A DNA stretch of 64,000 nt from NCBI RefSeq assembly GCF_000143415.4, contig NW_003314307.1:1220952-1284951 (forward strand), in the 5' to 3' direction. Shown here piece after piece: positions 13,313-23,485 of this stretch (position 1 is its first letter; each line of letters begins with the position of its first letter). Source of the stretch: Selaginella moellendorffii (Eukaryota > Plantae > Lycopodiophyta). Both the position numbers and the translations under genes were made by a program. The notes below the pieces were generated by a model. The model had not been told where the DNA came from, did no database searches, and was given only the letters and a program-made list of their open reading frames with translations.

Positions 13313-16300
13313 ATGGTAAGTCTTTTAGACGAAGTAGAAAATGGCATGAGGCCACATGCCATTCAGTAGCAACATTGGCATGCACCGATTGGGCTCTCGA
13401 GTGCAGTCCGGTTACAGATGGCGTGTAGCCTCACGCCATCTTAGGATGCAGCCTCAAGACATCTGATGCAGTGGTGAATGGTGTGTGGCCTCACGTTATT
13501 TCCAGCTGCTAGCTTTTCATCTGTCAGCTCTAATTGTTGTGCATTTCTAAACAGGCGAGGAATTGCGTTCTTCTTCCAGCCACTGTCAATGTGGATGCAG
13601 AGAAGGGGGAGGAGCTCACCAGTTGGACTTTCGGGATGGAAGGCGAGGATCTGATGCTGTACAACACAGATGGTGGGAGAAAAGAATGCATGGGGATCCT
13701 CATCCAAGTGACAGACACTCCATGCAGTTCCATGCAAGAATATGGATTGGCACTTGTGGTAGAGACAGCGTCCGCCTTCAAGATCCACCTTGCACATCCT
13801 AGCAGCTTCCCGGAGGGGGGCAGCGGCTATGAGGAATTCCTAGAGGGAGCTAGGGAGAGGTTGTCCAGGATGCCCACAATTTCAAATACGCTGCGGGTCT
13901 ATGAAGATCACATGGAATCCACGGACTTCACCTACGGCGATGTTCAAAAACTATATTCCAACATTGAGCCGTTGAGAGTGCCTCCAGTTTGCGAAGCGAA
14001 GGGGAAGGGGGTCGATCTGGAAACTACCCCGAAGCAGAAAAGGGTGGTCAAGCTCAAGCCGACGTCCGACTCTGCTGCTCCAAAACAGAAGCTACTCGGT
14101 GATGCCATTGCCTCGGGTTCGAACACTACACCCACCAAAAAGAAGAGCCGCAAAGAGCAGAAAGAGCAAGAAGAGGCAGCAAAAATCGTCGCAGATAATA
14201 GTACTTGTTACTATTCCAACAAAGTATATACAATCGACGTGAGCCGTATCGAGATCCAAAGCAAATACAACCACAGGCTAGTATCTGATGAGTGGGTGGA
14301 GAAACTGAAGCAGAAGATGCTGGCAAGTCCAGTAACACCCGACATCGCAGACGTGATCCCCTACTACCGAACAATGAAGGGCGAGACGAGGTTTCCAGAC
14401 TTGATCAATAGGAAGGTGTTGGACGATCAGAACATCCGGTTCTATGCCGTCTCGGGGCAGCATTCTAGCTTGGCGATGCAACAGATAGTTGTGGATATTA
14501 TGGTGGGCGAGGAGGTGAAGAAAGTCTTCAAAACAAGAGTTGTCCGCCTGATAAAAGGCAACTCGCCCCTCCGATCTATCATATACATCTCCCACGCGCA
14601 GAATGTCAAGCAAAAAACGTGCTACAAATCGGGTCTGCACGAGACATTGGCACGAACACGGAAGCTCTGGGTTCAACTGAAGAAGCCACAAAAACCAGGA
14701 CAAGGACGTGCACTAGCAACTAGCGCCTGGCAGGTAAGCCTCGTTGCATGTGGCATAGCATGTGGCCTCACGCCATTTCCATTGCAGGAATTCTCGAGTC
14801 TTCTCTCGAAAACACTGGGGGTCAATGACACACTCAGCATCCATAACATTCTACTCGCGACAAAAGTTGTTTTTGACAAATGGGTAGATGTGCTAAGGAG
14901 GTACCATGACGGGGAGTTGCTAAACTCAATGGGTGTGGAGGACGGCCGGAAGCCCAATGATTTGAAGCTCAACGCCTTGCGTTTCTCGCGGTCTCTAGAC
15001 GACGACGACCTTCTGACAGTGGCTAATGCTCTTCTACGTGGTGAGGTAGTCTTCAACAAGACCAAAATGACTCCTGGCCATATTGTGACATACGAGGACT
15101 TGTGCACGACTCTGAGAGCTCGTGCGCTATTGAAGGATTGGATCTTCGAGCAAGTGGCCGTGGCGAGGGTGAGCATTGACACCACGCAAGAGATGATGGA
15201 AGAGCTGGACTTGTCAAATGAAGACATAGACGAGTACGTGAAGGGGGCCCCCAAGTTCATCGATCTGCTGCGGGATGCCACGAAAAGTAAAGCTGAGAAG
15301 TTGGATCAGTATCCAAATTTCATTAAGAGGGATGTCGACCGCCGGCTTCAGAAACAGCTCGACCCCGCAGCAGAGGCCTATCGAGAACCTTACCGGGTAT
15401 ACGTGAATTCGGATGAGGATCAAAGGTGGAGGAGCATCGTTTCCCGCGGAGATGAGCAAGTCAAGAACATCTTTAGTGTGATGGACTTCACAAACGAGGA
15501 GATCACTCATGCAGACGAAGTCAGCTCCATCATTGACTTAATGGTGGGACTTGCGGAGGTGGAATCTTCAGTCCACTATATGATCTACGACTCCGAATCC
15601 TATCACAAGTTCTGGAAGGCCTTGAACGAGGTGAAGGCTCGGTTGAAAGGCAAAGAGATGCGGGAGATCCATGGGATAATGGCTAAGAAGAAGATACCGA
15701 CGAATGTCCGCATCTTCACACTCGCCCTTGTTATTGGTCCTGCAGCAGAGTGGGACTGGAGTGACTTCCCAGCTTCGTTCAACAAAGCCGATCGAATTGA
15801 TCTGAGGGAGGTCAATTTACCCGTGCCTGAGGAACTGAAGACGGCTATGGAGCTTTCGAATCCAAAGAAAGCTCCAGGTGCAGCATGGGAAATGCTCAGC
15901 TGGGTCTTCAACGCAATAGCGGGTGACTCCAAGGGCAAATGCGTTGTCGAGTACAACTGCGGCGGACTATTCTTTCGAGCCGCACTACTCAAGGGTGTCC
16001 CGTGTGTTGCGGTGAGAAACTCCATTGAAGAGGTGACTTCAATGGAGCATATAATTATAGTTGCCAAAGAAAAACAGTATCTTCTCTACGAACCTGGTGA
16101 GTACGCACTTTAAGTTTAAATGTTATCTCACAAGCTCTGTATGCAGGAGCGTGGCCACCCCCAGATGCTGAAACGGCGTTAACAGCTACTGATGTTAGGC
16201 CGAGGTCACAACCTGCACAAGGTAAGGTCACGTGAGGCCTCACGCCATTTTGATTATAGATCGTTGTGAATATTCAGACACGAGGACTGAAAAGCGCACT

Positions 16301-18766
16301 GGTGGCGCGTCGAAGAAGGACAAACAGACAAGCAATAGGAAAAAAGGAGGTACAAATTATATTTGCAATGGCGTGTGGTCTCATGCCATTCCTTGCAGGA
16401 GACACTTCTTCAAAGGCAAAACAGGCAAGCACCAGCCAAGCTCAAACTGACAGTGGTCATAAAAAGCGAAAGCACGTTGGACAGTCGTCGGGATCAGAGG
16501 CGTTTGATTCGAAAAGGAAGAAGGGCAACGAAAAGATGATAGGTAATGCCTCGCGGTTATGGCGTGTGTGCTCATGCCATTCATTGCAGATCAAGGGCTG
16601 AGTGAAAGGAGCCAGTCACCACCTTCTGACTCAGATTCCTATGGTGGACTCCCCTTCCCCAATCTCAATGGAGAGGTACAATGGATGAGGGATGCTTTTC
16701 AAGTCAGGGCCACGTTTTTCTGTGACCATGTTAAGACAGTCGGGTGAGGATACGGTCCTAGGTCACGCACTAAAACAGGCTATGGATGTCTTGTATTTTG
16801 AGATGGAGACTCGGCCAGATGATTTTTCCAAGATGGTCCTGGAAAAACAAGCAATCCAGCCTGAGCAGCCTATGGAAGAAATGCAAGAGGGGGATGAGGA
16901 GCCAGAGAAAGATAATGAGCAGGAAGAGCAGAAGGACGAAGAGGAGGACAAAGAAGAGGAGGACGAAGAAGAGGAGGATGAAGAAGAGGAGGACGAAGAG
17001 GACTTGGATGGTCCTCACAATGGTGACGATCACAATAACGACGATGACGATGATGACGACGATGGCCAGCCTGAGGTGGCCAAAGAGCAGCGGAGGAAGG
17101 TCATACAAGATAAACCATCAGGTAAATAATAGTACATCCATTCCTAACCTTTTACCATTTCTAACATTGTCCATGTAGGTCGCAGAAGAAATGGTAAGTA
17201 GAGATTATTCAGTTGAATTAAGATACAAACTCTAGCCTTTAGTGTCGAGGAAGGATAGTGCCAAGCAAGGGTCGAAACGTATGTCCAATCCTTCAGAATC
17301 AGCAGTGCGCCTAAGTGATATCGGTCCTAGTTCCTCAATAGCAGTTGATGGTAAATACAGTATAGTCGATTCAATGTGCTAATGAGTTTGTTTTTAGTAG
17401 CACGGGAGGATACCATCTCAATCGAAGGGAGATATTTGGACATGCATATGGATCCGCCAATGGACTCTACTTACCTGCAAGAGTCATCAGAGCTGGTGGA
17501 GGCTACTATCCATATCAACGCCAAGCAAGATGACCACGCTCCACTTGATGCTGCCCATACCACTGAGTCAATCTTGTCCACGTATCCAACTGACGGTGAC
17601 CAGGCGCCATTGGACCCGCATGAGGCCGCCCCAGCCGCCGAGCCGGTCGTATCCTCATTTCCAACGTGTGCCCAATCGTCTGACTACGCGCCGTTGGAAC
17701 CTCCCTACACCGCCCCTGCTGCCTGTTCGGTCATGTCCACTTTGCCAACGGAGGCACCAGCTGAAATGGCGTGTGATCACACGCCATCGGAACCACCCCA
17801 TGCCACTGTTGAGCCAGTTGTACCAGAGTCTACAGCTGAAATGGCATGTGCCCACACGCCATTGGATGCGATTGACCCCACATTGCAGAGGAGAGTATTT
17901 CCGCCCTTCACGTTTCCTCGACCAAAACCCTCTGAACGACCATCGGGAGCACCATTCGCTAATATTGTAGATGGTAAAATTGACTTGTACCATTTTTTAT
18001 GCTGACGCATTTCATTTCAGAGTCACGGCGAAAGTACTGTATCGTTTTTGATCTGAACGGTGTCCTTTTCTCCCATGAGCGTGGCTCGTCCTCGAATGTC
18101 ACTGCACCCTCCAAAGCCTGCGGTCGCAAGTTGGTCAAAAGAGACAGATTCACATTAATCACACGGGAGAAACTGCGGGATCTAATAATGACCATGCGAC
18201 ACTTAAAACAGAGGGCAGGGTTCAATTTGCAATTGGGAGTTTGGACATCCATGATGCGCCACAATGCATTAACGTTGCTACAGATGATGCACGATCAGAC
18301 GCGAGTAATATTACCATTTGACTTTCTCCTAACGCAGGAGGATTGCTTGACTATGGTCCATGTGAGGGGTAGCAAGCCCATCTTCGTCAAGGCAGAGGCT
18401 GTAGTGATGAACCGGACTGCTAGGTCAAGTGAAATCCTCATCATCGATGACTCGCCGATTAAAACTGCAGCGAACACGCACACATATGCAATGCACCCCA
18501 TCTCTTGCAGTATGGAAACTAGGGAGAAGAAACCGTATGTTCTGGGGGACCTTGCAAAACGGCTTGAAGCGATGGTGATAGAGAACCGGCCAGTCCAGGA
18601 GGTGGCTGCAGAAATCAACCAAATGGCAGATGGAACGGTATATCAGAAGCCATTTGATCGGACAGACACCAGTCATCATTTATGGCATGTATATTGTCTA
18701 GCCAAGCACTATCCGCATCTCCATAATCTGCTCAACCGGATGGGTTCTTCGACCACTGAACATTAG
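13313..18766 (+). CDS. Transposon cargo gene: ParB/Srx-like domain + degenerate DNA amino-MTase-like fold + acidic/Pro-rich linker + FCP1/NIF HAD phosphatase (multi-exon, ~1500 aa)
   Basis: GT-AG introns with consistent phase join the ORFs: ATG 13313-15 | 13555-14733 | 14788-16096 | 16147-16221 | 16278-16349 | 16399-16542 | 16590-~16675 | ~16740-17121 | small exons | ~17401-17973 | 18021-18766. The junction near 16675-16740 is uncertain. Motifs: YTIDVSRI..HRLVSDEWVEKLK..FYAVSGQHS..HAQN; GKCVVEYNCGG..AALLKG; CIVFDLNGVL, GVWTS, ILIIDDSP.K. Confidence 0.7.
18021..18766 (+). CDS. FCP1/NIF-like HAD-superfamily phosphatase domain (last exon of the cargo gene)
   Basis: Motif I variant DLNGVL, motif II VWTS and motif IV IIDDSPIK, typical of the plant/fungal DLNGxL NIF subfamily. 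The frame stays open ~38 codons past the TAG at 18764, so this stop may be a CAG>TAG mutation. Confidence 0.8.
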
Positions 18767-19301
18767 CGTGGACGTATTAGAGAAGAGATGGCATTACTAT
18801 TGGGTTTAAATCCTGATAGTGTGGAGAGTGATGAAATTCCAAGATTATTGTATAGGCGTTGGAGGCAAAAAATAACAGTCTGAGATGGCATGTATTTATT
18901 TAAAAATGTAACTTATTATGGCATGGGGTTCCATGCCATTGTATTAATATTAAAAGACAATTCTTTGAGAGGATTTGCATTATACTAGAAGTGTTACAAC
19001 ATGTTATTGGAAGTCTACGAAGTTGTTTTATTAATAAGGGGAAAGTAAAGATTGAATGGGGACTTGGGCTCCACCTAGACTCGGAGCAACTGAGCCAATA
19101 TTAAAAGGATGGAAAGAAATTAGACGACGATGACAAGGAGAAGAGAGAGGTGAAGCAGTGGCAGGGGGAGGAGAAGTGATTGAGTAGACATTTCCTTGTT
19201 TAAAATAAAATGGCATGTGCCTCAATGCAGTTGAATTTTGTTATATTTATATACTATATAAAGGTTTGGAAACCTTATTTTACAAGTGGGATAATGACAA
19301 T

Positions 19302-19325
19302 TCCCACTTTAACGAAATAGAGCTT
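19302..19325 (-). repeat. Right terminal inverted repeat
   Basis: Reverse complement of 4598-4621 with one mismatch, followed by the GTCT TSD. Confidence 0.92.
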
Positions 19326-19724
19326 GTCTGCCAAACACCCTCGCTATCATGCCCTTTGTGTTAGTCTCATTTCGGTCCCAAATGTTATTTATGGAAAGTC
19401 TCTAGATTCGCTTATTTGGCATATTTACGGAATGTAGAGATTGGCCTAAACACAATGGTGTTTGTCCCATGTCCAAATTCGCAATTTAGGAACATTTTAT
19501 ATTTAGTAAGTTTCGAGCTTGTCCCAGAAACTAACTCCTTGTACTAAGGGAGGCTTGGGGTGAAAGCCCAAAGCATATGTTCCTCAGGGGGGGGGGCGGG
19601 GTATGAGGGGTTCCAAATATATAGTAGGGATAGTGGTTAGAATGCATATCTGACCACCTAAGGCATTAGTTTGGCTCCCGCTAGGCTATGTTGTTTCTTG
19701 TTCTGCATCCAACTTGGGTCTAAG

Positions 19725-20154
19725 TGAAGCTCGAAAGGAAAAACCCCAAGCCCCAACACTACTAGTCTAGAACCCAAGGATCTTTCCACTTGGAAAGTAG
19801 CACACACTGCTTTGCCAAAAGGTAGGATGGTTTGCATTGAATGGATGTGAGTATATAAACACAAGGAAGGGTTGCGACCCTTGAGTCGAGGATCAGTGAT
19901 GTGTCCAAAGGAGGCATCCCTTGGAACCTTGTGTCAACAAAGTAAGGGATGTGACTTATGGATCACTGAGGTGGCGGAGACTCAATGACCCTTGGTGGAG
20001 ATTGATGAAGTGTCGAAGGGGTGCCACCTAAGGATGGTCTAAACCCAAGGTTTAGCCCTAACCCAAGGATTAGTACTAACCTTAATCCCAAACTCACCAC
20101 TTAGGCTCAACCTTAGCCCAAGCTAAGTATTTAGGCCATTTTTGGGGTGCGACA
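19725..20154 (-). repeat. 3' LTR of the young Gypsy
   Basis: Matches 27531-27960. Confidence 0.95.
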
Positions 20155-23100
20155 TCACCCCCCCTCCAATAGTGCTACGTCCCGGAGCACTCTCCTCCTC
20201 ACTCCCTTGAGATGGATAAAATGTCTCCGGCGGGTAGTACTTCCGTAGGCGAGACCCGTTCACGCGAGTAGAAAGAGAAGTTCCTTCCATATCCTTGAGT
20301 TGCACCGAGCCGTTTGGAAACACAGCTTCCACTCGATATGGTCCAATCCAGCGAACTCGAAGTTTGCCAGGTCGCTTCCAATACTTACTCTCGTAGAGAA
20401 GTACTAGGTCACCCTCGTTGAAGAGCTTGAGACGAAGGAATCGGTCATACCATGCCTTCCTTCTTTTCTGGATAGCTTCCCGAGTTTGGAAAGCAAGTTG
20501 ACGTCGCTCGTCCAACTTATCAAGCTGCTCCAACCTAGCTTGAAGAGCTCCATCCCAATCCATTGCGTGTTCCACCGCCATCCGCATGGAAGGAATCTCA
20601 AGCTCCAATGGCAACACCGCTTCTTGTCCGTAGACCAATTGAAAAGGTGAAGCATGAGTAGTTACCTTATAGGCAACACGATAAGCCCAAAGAGCGTCGA
20701 GCAACCGCTTATCCCAATCGGTTCGGTTGGCATTGGTGATCTTGGCCATGATCTCACACAGAGTCTTGTTGGTTCTCTCCACCTGCCCGTTGGCTCAAGG
20801 ATGATAAGGGGTAGATTTCCGGTGGGAAATAGCATACTTCCTCACCAACTCTTCGATCACCTCATTGAGGAAATGTGTACCCCGATCACTAACCAGCTCC
20901 AATGGGCACCCGAACCGTGTGATAATGTTCTCGTATAGGAACTCAGCCACTCGAGCTCCTGTGTCCTCCTTCAAGGCTTTTGCTTCAGCCCACTTGGTCA
21001 CGTAATCGGTGCACACCAAGATGTAGCGGCAATAAGTATGCCGAGTTGTGGGAAGTGGCCCCATAAAATCGATTCCCCACTTCTCAAATGGAAGAACTGG
21101 AATAATGGGTGTCAACGGCATCAAGTCCCTCCGGGTAGGTCTTCCACTTCTCTGGCATGGATCACAACTTCGCACGTACCTTGCGGTATCTCGGTATATA
21201 GTAGGCCACCAATAGCCTGCTTGAAGCACTAACCTTGCTGTAGCTGCTGCCCCAAAATGCCCAGCATATGGACTATCGTGGCATGAAGCCACAATGGTTT
21301 CCACTTCATGTGGAAGAATGCACCGTCGTAAAACGTTATCACGTCCCACCTTATATAGTTGTCCAGCTATAAGTGTATACGCTCTTGCTTGAAGAACAAG
21401 CCTTTTCCTTTCCGGGCCTCTCAAGTTGTCTGGAAAATCTCCCGAAGAAAGGTAAGTAGCAATGCCAAAGTACCAGTCTGGTATGGCTTCCACTGCAAAG
21501 GCCGCAACTCCGAAGAGAGTAGCATCTCCCAGGTCGTCAGGAATATCTTCCATAGAGGGTTGGGCTCGAACTCTGGAGAGATGGTCAGCCATCACGTGAG
21601 CCTTTCCTGGTCGTAACACCACTTCGAAATCGAACTCTTGAAGGAGAAGTAACCATCTCGAAATCCTCCCAGTTCGGCAAGGCTTAAGTATCAAATACTT
21701 AAGTGCTTGATGATCAACGTAGAAGATGAACTTCTGGCCAAGTAGATAATGGCGGAACTTCTGTACCGCAAAGACCATGCCCAGTCCTTCACGGTCTGTC
21801 GCAGAATAATTCCTCTCAGCCAACGAGAGTTGACGAGAAGTATAGAAAACCGGGTGATCCATTCCACCTTCCGGTTGGCATAAAACCGCACCAATAGCAT
21901 AGGCCGAAGCATCCACGTGAACATGGAATGGTTTATCCCAGTTAGGAGGAACCAATATCGGAGCTTTCACCAAACACTCCTTCAACTCCTCAAAAGCTTG
22001 TTGGCACTTCGAACTCCATCGGAATTCCACTCCCTTCTTCAACAAGTTGGTCAAAGGCAATGCCTTCTCGGAGAATTTGTTGATGAACCTCCGGTGATAT
22101 CCGACATGTCCAAGGAAGGCTTGAATGTCCTTCATGTTCACGGGTGCCTCCAACTCTTGAATCACTCGAATCTTAGCCGGGTCAATGCTCAAACCTTGAG
22201 AAGATACTACTCGGCCGAGCAAAATACCGTGAGTAACTCCGAAGGTGCATTTAAGTGGATTTAGGGAGATGCCATACTTGCGACATTGCTCAAAACAAAG
22301 TCTAAGCTTATTCAAATGAGTGGATACATCACTGAACACGCTAAAGTCATCGAGAAAAATCTCGAGAAAGTCGTGGAGCATTTGCCGAAATGCTGCTGTC
22401 ATCACTCTTTGAAATGTCGCCGGGGCATTGCACAGCCCAAAAGGCATCACCCTGTAAATAAAACAACCCCACTCAGTGATGAAAGTGGTTTTCTCCTGGT
22501 CACCCGGAAAGATGGTAACCTGGTTGTATCCACTGAACCCGTCGAGGAAAGAATAAAGGTCATGGCCTGCTACAGTGTCCAGCACATTATCAGTAAAAGG
22601 AAGTGGAAAAGCATCCTTCACTGTCGCCTCGTTGAGCTTGCGGTAGTCCACACACACTCGGAGCTTCCCGTTCTTCTTTGGCACCACCACAATGGGAGAG
22701 ACCCACTCGCTCCCCTCCACCTCCTCAATGAAGCCGGCAGCTTGAAGTTTGTCGATGTCCTCCTTCACTACCTTTGCATAGCGCGGGTTGAGGCGGTAGG
22801 CTCGCTGGCGACGAGGAATAGCACCGTCAACCAGGCGAATTCGATGTTGAGCGATTTCGGAATCCACGCCTTTCAGCTCGTCGTAGCTCCACGCAAGGAT
22901 GTCGCGGAACTCGAGGAAGAGCTGATGGAAGAGTTCTCTGGCATCTGCTGAAAGCTGAGCTCCCACCTGCAGTTCCCTCCTCTCAGAATTTCCATTGAAC
23001 TCAACGAGAAGGGGAACACAGAGTGGGGAAGTGAGGAAATCAGGTTCAGAAGGAGAGGAGTTCACCTCTATCCCAGCTGGAACCTCTCTGATCTTCAACT

Positions 23101-23482
23101 CGGCTTCACGACTGTGGAAAAAACGAGCTGGAAAGTTGTCGAGTTCGGGGTCGTACTCCACCGACTGGAGTCTTGAAACCTCCACAGCGTTGCACTCCAC
23201 AACGAGAGGCACATCCTCCACCAGGTCCTCAACTTTCTGGAGCAACTCCTGACCGAGAAACAGATGTTCCTCGGCTTCCTCCAGCTTGTCCAGTTGCAGC
23301 ACCAGGAACCGGGTGGTGACCAGAAACTCTCCCACGATCAGAGCAACTGTAGGGATGAATCCACGAACCTGGTGGTAAACTCCAGGAAGTATCTCCAACA
23401 GCAGGCCTGGAAAGCCGAACTCCTGCACATCATACTCCTCGGCCACCGCAGCAGTCATGAAGCAGGTCTGCACCTCATGCAA
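20123..23482 (-). CDS. Pol: reverse transcriptase, RNase H, integrase (one in-frame TGA at 20795)
   Basis: WVSPIVVVPKKNGKLRVCVDYRKLN, FLDDF, HVDAS, HHCC zinc finger, WGIDFMGP, SDRG, YHP*ANGQVE, GPY. Same frame as the upstream ORF. Confidence 0.92.
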
Positions 23483-23485
23483 AAC

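Larger units (their letters stand above)
5140..19232. repeat. Dispersed 22-24-bp palindrome AATGGCRTGnGGCCnCAYGCCATT, ~25-30 copies
   Basis: Copies start at about 5140, 5228, 5827, 5986, 6132, 7474, 7531, 9585, 9655, 9753, 12202, 12440, 13340, 13417, 13477, 14754, 16226, 16367, 16558, 17765, 17840, 18917 and 19209. Partial copies near 5640, 10370, 10410, 10480, 11385, 11457, 12285 and 12578. Confidence 0.9.
4598..19325. mobile_element. Large TIR DNA transposon (Sola-like DDD transposase, DUF7869-type) with cargo gene
   Basis: TIRs ATGCTCTATTTCGTTAAAGTGGGA (4598-4621) and TCCCACTTTAACGAAATAGAGCTT (19302-19325), 23/24 match. GTCT is duplicated at 4594-4597 and 19326-19329. Removing the element restores tatgtctgccaaacaccc, as in the paralogous LTR at ~3842. 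Two divergent genes inside. Contains two N gaps, so true length is uncertain. Confidence 0.9.

Noticed and set aside
9601-13319. Short ORFs in the intergenic region of the DNA transposon
   Set aside because: They arise from GC-rich short repeats and palindromes (recurrent MRPHAI/MACGLMP peptides) and show no domain features; they are probably UTR or promoter sequence.
5140-19232. Palindromic repeats as a CRISPR array
   Set aside because: Spacing is irregular (tens of bp to kb), the context is eukaryotic and intronic, and there are no cas genes.
4598-19325. Classification as CACTA or Mutator
   Set aside because: No CACT termini, the TSD is 4-5 bp rather than 2-3 or 9-11 bp, and the core motifs (DN..ENKN, GHTHEDVD) do not match TnpD or MURA.
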